Shown here: positions 51,441 through 61,546 of the stretch, piece after piece | How positions within the stretch are numbered: the first letter of the stretch is position 1 | How the letters are laid out: each line of letters begins with the position of its first letter | Origin: Nitrospirota bacterium | Lineage (GTDB): Bacteria; Nitrospirota; Nitrospiria; Nitrospirales; Nitrospiraceae | Direction of reading: 5' to 3' | DNA: 64,000 nucleotides | NCBI GenBank assembly: GCA_963703955.1 | Contig: CAVPGK010000016.1 | Span: 32,001 to 96,000 of the forward strand | Program-made: the position numbers and the translations under genes | Notes under the pieces: model-generated | The model's input: the letters and a program-made list of their open reading frames with translations, nothing else | What the model was told of the DNA's origin: nothing | Database searches by the model: none

Positions 51441-51616
51441 TCCAGCATCAGCCTGACGTGCCGCCCGCTCCCGGCTTGACGCTCTCATAGACCAAGCGCT
51501 CTGCATCGATTCACGCAGCCGCTCCTTAGGTGAGAGTCGGGGAAAAGGTAGGAGCCTGAAGCGACCTTCGGCGGAATGCAATTATGCTGGCCAGTGTTGC
51601 GGTGGGTTCTGGAGGA

Positions 51617-51709
51617 CATTGACAAGTCCTCGAAGACCGGTGAGAATCGCCGGAGCCTTTGCATGTCTATGAGATCAGGATAGTAGACCAACATACTGAA
51701 TTGTTAGCC
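51617..51709 (+). promoter_or_regulatory. Putative integron Pc/attI-like module A
   Basis: TTGACA-N17-GAGAAT, then AATTGTTAGCC core 84 bp after TTGACA; homologous to the module at 61547-61639. Confidence 0.5.
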
Positions 51710-51726
51710 CAAAACAGGAGACAACT

Positions 51727-52222
51727 ATGTCCGCACTGCAAAGTGTGATGATAGGAATTGCGTTCCTTGCTGCTGCGTCGGCGCCATACACGTTGGCTCA
51801 AGCACCAAAGACGGCTGAATCGAAGTCTCTCGGACCGCGGAAGGTATCTCGTGAAGATAGCCGGTTGTAACGACTGTCATACGCCCGGCTACGTTCAGAC
51901 AGGGGGCAAGGTTCCAGAAAAACAGTGGCTGACAGGCAGTAATCTCGGTTGGCGCGGCCCCTGGGGAACAACATATCCTAGCAATCTGAGGCTGTTTATG
52001 CAGAAGCTTTCCGAAGACCGGTGGGTCAAGATAGCGAAGACTGCACAGTTCCGACCGCCGATGCCTTGGTTCACCCTTCACGACATGACCGAGCAAGATC
52101 TTCGGGCCATCTACAGATTCATTAGATATTTGACACCTGCTGGCGAACCATCGCCGTCTTTTGTTCCGCCCGGTCAGGAGCCCAAGGGTCCATACGTTCT
52201 ATTTCCCGAACCACCGAAATGA
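51727..52222 (+). CDS. Monoheme cytochrome c, frameshifted near 51830
   Basis: AGGAG-ATG signal peptide, then RGRYLVKIAGCNDCHTPG...WRGPWGTTYPSNLR...PPMPW. Confidence 0.85.
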
Positions 52223-52393
52223 TTTTCGGCTCGGGAGAAACGGCTCGACACGGGCGCCCCCTGGCAAAACGGCGTGTCCCCCTGGCACGGGAGCGACAGT
52301 GTGCGGGCTGGCATAACCTGTGATCTCTTAAAACAGGTATTTTTCATCAGGGAAACGAGCTGAATAGGCTATTGCGAAACCCGGAGGTCCGCT

Positions 52394-53998
52394 ATGTCGA
52401 AGAATATCGTCATCTGTTCGGATGGGACCGGCAACTCGGCCATCAAGGGGCGGGGCACGAATGTGTTTAAGGTGTTTGAAGCCATCGATTTGAATGGTCA
52501 CAAGACCCGGCCTGAGCTCACGCCTCAGGTCGCGCTCTACGACGATGGGGTTGGAACGGAGGACTTCAAGCCGCTGAAGATCTTCGCCGGGATGACCGGC
52601 TGGGGTCTGAGCCGAAACGTAAAACAGCTCTACAAGGAGCTGGTGCGCATCTACGATCCTGGTGATCGCATCTTTCTCTTTGGCTTTAGCCGGGGCGCCT
52701 TCACTGTACGCACACTCGCGGGCCTCATCGCGAAGTGCGGCATTCTGGACACCGAGAAGCTGCCGACGACGGACGACCTCGAATTCTCCGTCCGTAGGGC
52801 CTACAAGGTATATCGGAAGTCCTACCGCACGGAACTGGCGAAGCTGTTTCTCGGCGAGCCGGACACCTCGGTAATCAAGCAGTTCAAGGATGAGCATTGT
52901 CGTCCGTGCGAGGTCCCGATCAAGTTCATGGGTGTGTGGGACACAGTCGACGCCGTTGGCCTGCCTTTCCATATAAGCGACTTCATCAACGTGGCCATCT
53001 ACCGTTTCAAGTTTCGTGATCATACACTGAGCAAGCTTGTCGAACGAGCCTGTCATGCGCTCGCGATCGACGACGAACGCCATTCGTTCCATCCTTTGCT
53101 CTGGCGCGAGGACGACAAGGGTGACGTCGAACGCATCGAACAAGTTTGGTTCGCCGGAGTTCATTCGAACGTCGGCGGCGGGTATCCGAAGCAGGGGATG
53201 TCGCTCGTGTCCCTTGAGTGGATGATGAGGAAAGCCGAGGACGCCGGTCTACGACTCCTTGCCGCCGACCGCGCGCTCTATTATGACCACGCGAACGTGG
53301 ACGACAAGTTGTACGACCCGCGCGCGGGCCTCGGAATCTTCTATCGGTGGAAGGTTCGGGACATTGCCGCGATTTGTCGCATGCACCAGGTGAGACCGGC
53401 GGTCCACGTGAGTGCCCTCGAACGTATCGCCCACGGGACTGACGACTACGCCCCCGGCAATCTGCCGGGCAACACGAATGTGGTCATCACCCCCACGGGT
53501 GATGCCGGAAAAGACGCAGCGGCGCTTCAACGGGCAAAGGAAGTCGAATCGGTTTTGCATTCCGCCCACGCCGGAGAGGAATCACTCTTGACGCGCGTTC
53601 GGGCTGCAGTCGTGATGGGGCTCGTCTCTTACTACGTCTATCTGTTGGCCTGTATTGTCGTAGTGATCGCCGCCTCGGCTCCTGACGGCGTTCGCGCCTT
53701 CTTGAACCCTTGGTTGGTCATGAAAAACGCAGGTCTATTCGTCGTCAATGTGGTCACGCTTCAACTGGGCGCCGTGTTCACGAGCATAAAACATCTGGCG
53801 ACGTCACCCTGGCGCATGGGGTTCCTCGGGGGTGGGTTTTTGGTGTCGTACCTTCTGGCGCTCTCCGCGGACCGCCGCATGAGCGCCGTATTCTCGGAAT
53901 TCTGGCATCGGGTGCAGCCGGAACTGCGAGATGCCTTGAAGCGCGCCCGCAAGGCCGCCCGCAAGGCATCGACCGGGGAAGATACCAGGGTCGCATAA
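52394..53998 (+). CDS. DUF2235 (Tle1-like alpha/beta hydrolase) with C-terminal TM helices
   Basis: KNIVICSDGTGN, GFSRGA, GVWDTV, HALAIDDER, WFAGVHSNVGGG. Confidence 0.9.
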   Translation: MSKNIVICSDGTGNSAIKGRGTNVFKVFEAIDLNGHKTRPELTPQVALYDDGVGTEDFKPLKIFAGMTGWGLSRNVKQLYKELVRIYDPGDRIFLFGFSRGAFTVRTLAGLIAKCGILDTEKLPTTDDLEFSVRRAYKVYRKSYRTELAKLFLGEPDTSVIKQFKDEHCRPCEVPIKFMGVWDTVDAVGLPFHISDFINVAIYRFKFRDHTLSKLVERACHALAIDDERHSFHPLLWREDDKGDVERIEQVWFAGVHSNVGGGYPKQGMSLVSLEWMMRKAEDAGLRLLAADRALYYDHANVDDKLYDPRAGLGIFYRWKVRDIAAICRMHQVRPAVHVSALERIAHGTDDYAPGNLPGNTNVVITPTGDAGKDAAALQRAKEVESVLHSAHAGEESLLTRVRAAVVMGLVSYYVYLLACIVVVIAASAPDGVRAFLNPWLVMKNAGLFVVNVVTLQLGAVFTSIKHLATSPWRMGFLGGGFLVSYLLALSADRRMSAVFSEFWHRVQPELRDALKRARKAARKASTGEDTRVA

Positions 53999-54343
53999 CG
54001 TACGTGTCGGACACTGGTCTCAGCTCCGATGCCACGGCGGTCGTGATTCGGTCGTCTGCGGGTGAGGACCGTGGCTCAGCGCGTCATAGACGAAAGCACG
54101 CTTCCGTCAGACTTTGCGCGACCCTCGGATGCGAATTCTGCAGATGGCAAAGTTAAGACCTGAGGCCTGACGCGGGCCTGCTAAGTACTTTTTCTTGAGC
54201 CAGCGCGGGCGTGATATCTGCGGCCCGACCAGAGTGGGTTTTGGAGACTGTAATAATGGTTTGATCAGAAACAGGAGAGTGCTCCTCGGCCGGCCATGCC
54301 CCAGGGCGCTTGCCGGTGGTTCCGTTACAATGGGGCGGAATGC

Positions 54344-54540
54344 TTACCGCCGGACGCCGTCCTGCACTAGGTGGTGCACCGCTATAGGGTGGGGGTGGCG
54401 GAGCTGTGTCGGCCGACGCGCCGGCCCAGCGAAGCCGGCCAGGTGGCCGTCTATGGTTGTGCCGGCGGGCGGGGTAGGGGTTGTCCGCGATTGCGCGCCG
54501 CATGGGGTTGAGCTACAGTGCGGTCAGCCGGCGAGGGGGC
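54344..54540 (+). pseudogene. Decayed DnaA-C-like HTH, as at the C-terminus of RAYT/Y1 transposases
   Basis: LPPDAVLH*VVHRYRVGVAELCRPTRRPSEAGQVAVYG / GLSAIARRMGLSYSAVSRR, with stops and a frame change. Confidence 0.5.
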
Positions 54541-54608
54541 GCGGATTCGGGCGCAGAGGGGCAACGCTCTTTTCTCGCCTGTTTCATCCGACGAACAGAG
54601 GAGGTCAC

Positions 54609-54800
54609 ATGCAGTGGGAAAAACCATCATATATCGTTGTGAATATGAGTGCGGAGATCGGCTCATATCAAGATGACCTTGGCAGAACGGCGGATACGCC
54701 CGATGGCGCTCGGAGCATGCTTGAGGGTGAGCCTCGCGACCAGCCCATCGGCATCGAACAGACTCCAGCCGGAGTCCAACCATGCGAATCCATGTCCTAG
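54609..54800 (+). CDS. pqqA: PQQ precursor peptide, extended 63-aa form
   Basis: GAGGAGG RBS; MQWEKPSY...AEIGSY (W-x-K-P and E-x3-Y); overlaps the pqqB start. Confidence 0.85.
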   Translation: MQWEKPSYIVVNMSAEIGSYQDDLGRTADTPDGARSMLEGEPRDQPIGIEQTPAGVQPCESMS

Positions 54801-55702
54801 GATCCGCTGCCGGTGGAGGATTTCCGCAGTGGAACTGTGGCTGCCCGAACTGCCGAAGCGTCCGCGAGGGCAGCGTTGACAGAAGACCACGGACCCAAAC
54901 GTGTGTGGCGATCACCACGGATGGCGACACGTGGTTCCTGCTTGGCGCTTCGCCGGAGATTCGTGGACAGATCGAAAGCTTTCCTTCACTTCACCCGCGC
55001 ACCGTTCGTCACTCTCCGATTGCCGGGATCGTCCTGACCAACGGTGACCTCGACCATTGCCTTGGTCTGTTTTCGCTTCGAGAGTTTCAGCCGCTTCAGA
55101 TTTACGCGACAGACCAGGTACGCCGTGGGCTTACCGAGGATAATGTCCTGTATCGCACGTTGGACCGGTTTCCCGGGCAGATGACGTGGCGCCCGCTGAA
55201 GCTGGAATGCGAGTGTCCGCTATTGACGGCGGAAGGGAAACCCAGCGGCTTGACGATCGCAGCGATACCGGTGCCCGGGAAGGTTCCCCTTCATTTGGAA
55301 GGACGCCTCCATCCCGATCCTGAGGATAACGTGGGCCTCGTCATTTGCGAGGTGGCATCAGCACGGATTGTCGCATATGTTCCTGGAGTCGCCGCAAGGA
55401 CTCGCGAGCTGGATCGGATCCTTCAGGAAGCCGACTGCATCTTCTTCGATGGGACGTTCTGGTCGAGCGACGAACTCATCGCATTAGGACTGGCTCAGCG
55501 GCGCGCCGAAGAGATGGCCCATTGGCCTGTTGGCGGTCCGACGGGCAGTTTACATATGCTTGCGAAGATGTCCGCCTCATCTCGCATCCTGATCCACATC
55601 AACAACACGAATCCTATTCTGCATGAAGGTTCACCTGAGAGACGACAGGTCGATGCCGCAGGGATCGAAGTCGCCTATGACGGAATGGAGATCACGCTGT
55701 GA
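54782..55702 (+). CDS. pqqB: PQQ biosynthesis protein B
   Basis: LGSAAGGGFPQWNCGCPNC, RTQ, FFDGTFW, IHINNTNP. Confidence 0.96.
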   Translation: MRIHVLGSAAGGGFPQWNCGCPNCRSVREGSVDRRPRTQTCVAITTDGDTWFLLGASPEIRGQIESFPSLHPRTVRHSPIAGIVLTNGDLDHCLGLFSLREFQPLQIYATDQVRRGLTEDNVLYRTLDRFPGQMTWRPLKLECECPLLTAEGKPSGLTIAAIPVPGKVPLHLEGRLHPDPEDNVGLVICEVASARIVAYVPGVAARTRELDRILQEADCIFFDGTFWSSDELIALGLAQRRAEEMAHWPVGGPTGSLHMLAKMSASSRILIHINNTNPILHEGSPERRQVDAAGIEVAYDGMEITL

Positions 55703-56430
55703 CGGTAGCCGATGGACAGGCTCCTCTTTCGCCCGAGGCGTTCGTTGGCTGGCTTCGGCAAGAGGGGCTGCAGCGCTACCATCATGAACATCCGTTTCAT
55801 GTGCTGATGCATCAGGGAAAACTCAGCAAGCATCAGCTCCAACAGTGGGTACTCAACCGCTACTATTATCAGACTCGGATTCCGATCAAGGACGCGTTGA
55901 TCCTTGCGAAGTCCGATGACCCCGCTTTTCGACGACTATGGATTCGGCGCATCCAGGATCAGGATGGCGTGGATAACGACGAAGGCGGCTTGGCGCTGTG
56001 GCGAAAACTGGCTGGGTCTGTGGGTGTGGACGAGCCACAACTGGTGACCTTCAATTCGGTCTTGCCCGGTGTCCGATTCGCGTGCGATGCCTATGTCTCC
56101 CTGGTCCGGGAAGCGCCCTTGGTCGAGGCGGTGGCATCGTCGCTCACCGAACTCTTTGCCCCGGACCTGATGTCAAGGCGCCTGGCGGCGTGGGAGCGCC
56201 ATTATCCCTGGGTGTCTCGTGAGGCCCTTGAGTATTTCCGTCTCCGAATCGGTCGGGCAAACCGCGACGGAGAGGAAGCTCTGGCCTTTGTCGTCGCCAA
56301 TGCGACCAGTTATGAGCAGCAACGGCGTTGCGTGGCAGCGCTCATTCGGAAGACACAGATTCTTTGGCATCTGCTGGACTGTCTCTACACCACCTACGTC
56401 GTAGAGTCCGAACTCGTAGGCCATCCGTGA
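55699..56430 (+). CDS. pqqC: PQQ synthase
   Basis: YHHEHPFH, WVLNRYYYQTRIPIKD, ASSLTELFAP. Confidence 0.95.
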   Translation: MTVADGQAPLSPEAFVGWLRQEGLQRYHHEHPFHVLMHQGKLSKHQLQQWVLNRYYYQTRIPIKDALILAKSDDPAFRRLWIRRIQDQDGVDNDEGGLALWRKLAGSVGVDEPQLVTFNSVLPGVRFACDAYVSLVREAPLVEAVASSLTELFAPDLMSRRLAAWERHYPWVSREALEYFRLRIGRANRDGEEALAFVVANATSYEQQRRCVAALIRKTQILWHLLDCLYTTYVVESELVGHP

Positions 56431-56717
56431 TCACGCTTGAAAGCCGGCCCAAATTAGCCTCGAAAGCGCGCTTGAAGTGGGATCGCAAAACGGATTCCTA
56501 TCTGTTGCTGTACCCGGAGAGCGGCTTGATTCTTAATCACACGGCAAGCGGCATCCTTCTTCGTTGCGGCGGGGATCACACCGTCGGGTCGATCATCGAC
56601 TCGCTGGTCTCCCGACATCTGAGCTCGCGGCGCAAGGACATCGAGCGGGACGTTGTGTCTTTTCTCCATGAAATGGTTACGCGCGGCCTTGTGCACGAGG
56701 AGACTGAAGCGCCGTGA
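56427..56717 (+). CDS. pqqD: PQQ peptide chaperone (RRE)
   Basis: RLKWD...LLLYPE.GL.LN.TA..IL..C.G. Confidence 0.92.
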   Translation: MITLESRPKLASKARLKWDRKTDSYLLLYPESGLILNHTASGILLRCGGDHTVGSIIDSLVSRHLSSRRKDIERDVVSFLHEMVTRGLVHEETEAP

Positions 56718-57806
56718 TCACGACGTATCGACCATACGCGCTCATCGCCGAACTCACGTACCGATGCCCGCTTCGGTGCGTGTACTGTTCAAACCCGCTC
56801 TGCCTATCCGCAGGCTGCTGAATTGCCGGGCGATTCGTGGCGTACCGCGCTGAGAGAAGCCGAAGACCTGGGAGTCGTCCAGGTGAACCTGACCGGGGGC
56901 GAACCCCTGTTGCGAGACGACCTTGAGGAACTCATTGCGGAAGCGAATGCTCTGGGTCTGTATACGAATCTCATTACCAGCGGCACTCCGCTCGAGCGCC
57001 AACGACTGGAACGATTTCGGGATTGCGGCCTCAATAGCGTCCAACTGTCGCTCCAAGGTCTCAGTACCCAGGAGTCTCATCGGATTGCCGGCGGCGGCGT
57101 CTTCGAACACAAACTCGAGGTGGCGAAATGGGTGAAAGAACTTGGATTGCCGCTCACCCTGAATGTCGTGTTGCACCGGGAGAACATCGACGGGGTGGCC
57201 AATGTGATTGAACTCGCCGAGCGTCTCGAGGCAGACCGCTTGGAGCTTGCGAATGTTCAGTACATGGGCTGGGCGCTGCTGAATCGTCGAGCATTACTGC
57301 CGAGCCGAACGCAACTCGATTCCGCACGACAGATCGCCCAATTGGCGAAAGCGCGGCTCGCAGGGCCCATGGAAGTGATCTATGTGATGCCGGACTACTA
57401 TTCCGATTTCCCGAAGACCTGTATGGACGGATGGGGACGCCGATACATCGTGATCGCACCCGACGGCCTTGCTCTTCCCTGCCATGCGGCCCGAAGCTTA
57501 CCCGGAATGCATTTCGAACGGATCACCGAGCGTCCATTGAGCGAGATATGGCACGAGTCAGAAAGCTTCCGCCGCTTTCGAGGGGAAGAATGGATGCCGT
57601 TGCCATGCCGGACCTGCGATCGCCGCGCCATGGATTTCGGCGGATGCCGATGCCAGGCTTTCCATCTTACGGGGGACCCGGCGGCGACCGATCCGGCCTG
57701 CAAGTTTTCTCCTCACCATGCCCTTATTCAAGAAGCACGGATGGGTGCTGAAAGGATAGACGAGCCTATCCCGCTCCATTATCGCAGGTTGCTGATCACG
57801 CGATGA
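56714..57806 (+). CDS. pqqE: PQQ radical SAM/SPASM protein, frameshifted near 56805
   Basis: [17 protein letters not shown] from GTG 56714; [24 protein letters not shown]. Confidence 0.93.
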
Positions 57807-58319
57807 GACGGCAGATGGATACGACGTTTCTGCTTCTCTTGTTCACCACGGTGGCGCTCGGTTTGTGGGTGCTCATGAAGCAACCGGCATTGTTCAAGAG
57901 CGCCCTCTTGGCATCAGCGAAATTGTTCGGAGGCGTCTGGCCGGAGCTTGCAATCGGATTCATTCTGGCAGGGCTTCTTGAGGTGTTGATCCCGGCGCCG
58001 GTACTCCTTCGCTGGATGGGTGCGGAAAGTAGTGCTCAAGGGATACTGATTGGATCGCTCGTCGGTCTCCTACTTCCAGGCGGGCCTTATCTGATCTTCC
58101 CCATTGTAGCCAGCCTTCTCAAACAGGGCACGGCCCCTGGTCCTCTGATCGCGCTGCTTGACCGCCAAAGTCCTGCTGAGTCCGATTCGAACGCTGACGT
58201 ATGAGGCGCCGTTGCTGGGATGGCCCATGACATTGGCTCGATTCCTACCGGGCCTTTTCCTCCCGCCTCTGCTTGGGCTGTTGGGCCAGTGGCTTTTCGA
58301 CCTGTTCAACCGAAAGTGA
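57803..58319 (+). CDS. Half-size permease (DUF318-like), frameshifted near 58160
   Basis: GFILAGLLEVLIP, PGGPY..FPIVASL...G...G. Confidence 0.75.
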
Positions 58320-58372
58320 TGGAGGTCCTGTAGATGAAGGCACATTGGCACACATCCAGTCGGGGGAGCAGG

Positions 58373-59492
58373 ATGAGTAGCATGATTCATCGTCTTGTTG
58401 CGGTCGTGCTGACGTCAATCATTGCAGGCTGCACGACTCAGAGTAACGCCGGTTCTTTGCAACTGGAAAAGATCAAACTTCCGCCTGGCTTTGAAATCAC
58501 CATCTACGCACGGGATGTGCCGAACGCGCGCGGAATGGCGCTCGGAGAGAACGGTACCCTGTTCGTCGGCACAAGAGCCAAAGGCAGCATTTACGCCGTT
58601 GTGGACCGAGATGGTGATCATCGGGCGGATGTCGTGCATACGATCGCGCGGGATTTACACATGCCGGGCGGCGTGGCTTACAAAGAAGGATCGCTTTATG
58701 TCTCCGCTGTGGATCGCATCCTCCGGTTTGATCAGATTGAGCAACATCTCAACGATCCTCCTGCGCCGGTCGTGGTGTTCGATCGCCTTCCGAAGGAACC
58801 CCCCCATGGATTGAAATACATTGCCTTCGGTCCCGACCGAAAGCTCTATGTCGCCGTTGGCGTCCCCTGCAACATCTGCGAACCGGATGCCGACCACGGC
58901 CTACTTGGCCGTCTAAATCGGGATGGGAGCGGGTATGAGGTTGTCGCGCGAGGGATCCGTAACTCCGTAGGCTTTCGATTGGGATCCCTTAACCAAAGAA
59001 CTGTGGTTTACGGATAATGGCCGAGACTGGCTGGGAGACAATCAACCGCCGGATGAACTGAATCATGCTCCGACAACAGGGATGCATTTTGGATATCCCT
59101 ACTGTCACGGTTCGTCGATTTCAGATCCGGAGTATGGGAGCAAACGTCCATGCAACGACTTGACGCCAACGGCTCTCGATCTGGGTCCTCACGTCGCGGC
59201 GTTGGGAATGCGATTCTATACAGCACGCATGTTCCCGGAAGAATATCAGAACCAAATTTTCATCGCAGAGCACGGCTCATGGAACCGCAGTGAAAAAATA
59301 GGCTACCGCATCACCCTGGCCTCGCGGGATCGCCAAGGACAGTTACGGTATTCAGTTTTTGCAGAAGGGTGGCTTCAAGGCACAGAAGCATGGGGGCGCC
59401 CCGTAGATGTTCTCGTCATGCCGGACGGGGCGCTCTTGGTATCCGATGATCTTGCCGGCGTGATCTATCGAATCGTGTATCAAAAAGGGTAA
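58373..59492 (+). CDS. PQQ-dependent sugar/sorbosone dehydrogenase lipoprotein, frameshifted near 58975
   Basis: IAGC lipobox; ARGMA, G.PCN.C, G.RNSVG, WFTDNGRDW, GPHVAALG, AEHGSWNRS, GRPVDV. Confidence 0.9.
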
Positions 59493-59623
59493 TCGCGCAG
59501 GTTGTCGCTTGCACTACTACGGTCGGATCTTGGCTTTGATAACTGGACAGTGGAACGTCGATCCCATTAGCCTCTCTCTCACCTCTCAGGGCAAGGTCTT
59601 CAGAGGCCGAGCCGAATGTCGCC

Positions 59624-60547
59624 TTACCGCTCTGTTGCCAGATACCAGTCGTTGAAGAGTCGGCAATTGGCCTGCAGCATGGCACCCTCATTCAAGTTCC
59701 ATCGGCTAATCAAGCCTATCCAACACAATGCGTCGGCGGCGGATTTAATGGTCGGAAGTCCTGCGGCCTCTGCCGCTTCCCGCGGATGAATGGGTCGCGC
59801 CTCCCGCACAAGATACTGAAGAAGAGCCTGCTCAGTCGGCTGCCGGAGGACTTCTCGGCAGGATTGGAAGAACGGGGCCAGCCGCTCTGCCGCAGTCTGG
59901 ATTGCGCCCCCAGGATCACCGGAAAGAAACAGAAGAGCGTGGGCAATCACCTTCAGGATGTAGGGGTGAGTGCCGCCGGCTGCAAGCGCTGCGGTGATTT
60001 GGTTCGGCGTCAGGTGGCGTTTCAGAAGTTCCCGCGCCTCGCCTGGAAGCAGAACCGCAAGGGGTGCACGCCGAAGATCCGCAGACCCTATCTGAACATC
60101 ATCGTGCCATGCCCGCCCGCCCGCCCATACGATCGCGTGAGCGAGGCCCTCCCTTTTCATGAACTGGCGTAGTGTGCCGACGCAATTATCGTGGAGGAGA
60201 TGGTCGCAATTGTCGAGAAGCAAGATCGGCGCGGGGTTTGCCCAGCGTCCAAAGAAAAGTTGTTTGCGGGCACCCTCATCGGCCAGGTCAAGATACACTG
60301 CCGCCGGTGTCGCTGAAGAGGCCTCGCGATCCTGATCCACAAGCCATTTCAGATGCAGCAGCATCGAGGTCTTGCCGAGCTTGGGTCCGCCAGAAAGGAG
60401 GATCGACTGGCGCCGAAGGCAGCGGCTCAGGAGATTCTGTGCGAGCCTCGTGCGACCAGTGAACTGAGTGGCGCCGAAGGCCGGTGTTTCAGAGAGCGCC
60501 TCCCAGGAAGGAATAACTGAAGTCATGGCGTGTATCGTATCGATCAC
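59624..60547 (-). CDS. P-loop ATPase (minimal STAND/AAA-like)
   Basis: GGPKLGKTS Walker A, LLLDNCD Walker B, GTHP (GxP), C-terminal winged-helix-like segment. Confidence 0.7.
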   Translation of the reverse strand: MIDTIHAMTSVIPSWEALSETPAFGATQFTGRTRLAQNLLSRCLRRQSILLSGGPKLGKTSMLLHLKWLVDQDREASSATPAAVYLDLADEGARKQLFFGRWANPAPILLLDNCDHLLHDNCVGTLRQFMKREGLAHAIVWAGGRAWHDDVQIGSADLRRAPLAVLLPGEARELLKRHLTPNQITAALAAGGTHPYILKVIAHALLFLSGDPGGAIQTAAERLAPFFQSCREVLRQPTEQALLQYLVREARPIHPREAAEAAGLPTIKSAADALCWIGLISRWNLNEGAMLQANCRLFNDWYLATER

Positions 60548-60604
60548 ACTAACCGGCTGGCAATGAAGCGTAACGGAATTACCATTCCGAACTCATTGCG
60601 GTTA

Positions 60605-61534
60605 TTAGGAGGTCTTTCTTATCCATAAGCTACTTCCTCCATGTGGCAAAAAGAGCGGAAGATATTGTCTCATCAGGGCCTGGTGGTGTGTTGCGAGGTA
60701 TGAGTTAAACAAGAGGATCTCGAAGGAACTATTGAACTGGAGAAATGCCTTCACTAAATATGCTTCGTTCCATGCTATGCCTGAGAGAACCCAATCTTCC
60801 GGATACTCAAATGGCCAATAAATGTCATGAATATGAATTATGACTCCTTCCTGTAGAATTGGTAGTATGTCCGTTACTAATGATACGACATCGCTCCCGA
60901 CTTTGACGACGTGGGATGAATCGATAAATAGTATGTCATTAGTCTTCAGATCAGTGTATGTTGAACGTGGAACATGTTGTGCGACATTTACGAGGACATC
61001 ATGCCTTTCTCTGTCGTTTTTGGTTAATAGCGAAAGGAGTCTTTCAGGATAGGGTTCTATGAATGTGAACTGGATACGACCGTCAAGAAAACGATCATTT
61101 ACGTCAAGCATTGCAGCAGAAGAAAAACCAGAGCCAACTTCCACGATTTTTTGCGGACGAAAATGCCGCATAATAGAATACAAAATTATTGAAGAGCCAT
61201 GGCCAAAAAACGGATTGCTAAAGCAATATCTGTAACCATCCTGCTTTTCCTCTGAGAAAGGCATTTGGCTGTAATACGACGATAAGTCTCTAACAAGGTC
61301 TATTTGTTTTTGCGCGGCTAGGTCTATCCCACGAATTGAAGTCCTATCTCGCACAAAGAGGTCCCCACGGTGCCTCTGGACGTAAGAAAGGTCTGGAATT
61401 GGTGAATAAAAGTGACCGGGATGTGCGAACGTCAGGAACGGATCTTGTGGATTCTCATGTATTCGCAGTGATGAATAAACTTTCGTAACCCCGGGTATCT
61501 TCTTGATCAGTGATTTCACCGTTGGCAAACGCAT
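60605..61534 (-). CDS. Class I SAM methyltransferase (Methyltransf_24-like), low GC
   Basis: PGHFYSPIP, IVEVGSGFSS, LFIDSSH, HIHDI, WNEAY; visibly AT-rich. Confidence 0.88.
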   Translation of the reverse strand: MRLPTVKSLIKKIPGVTKVYSSLRIHENPQDPFLTFAHPGHFYSPIPDLSYVQRHRGDLFVRDRTSIRGIDLAAQKQIDLVRDLSSYYSQMPFSEEKQDGYRYCFSNPFFGHGSSIILYSIMRHFRPQKIVEVGSGFSSAAMLDVNDRFLDGRIQFTFIEPYPERLLSLLTKNDRERHDVLVNVAQHVPRSTYTDLKTNDILFIDSSHVVKVGSDVVSLVTDILPILQEGVIIHIHDIYWPFEYPEDWVLSGIAWNEAYLVKAFLQFNSSFEILLFNSYLATHHQALMRQYLPLFLPHGGSSLWIRKTS

Positions 61535-61546
61535 CGTCCAATTTCC

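Noticed and set aside
52306..52333. dif/Xer-like site GGCTGGCATAA-CCTGTG-ATCTCTTAAAA
   Set aside because: The XerD arm matches only about 7/11 and lacks the TTATG core; too weak to call.
54195..54608. 201-aa ORF upstream of pqqB
   Set aside because: Only the last 63 codons (PqqA, with its own RBS) look real.
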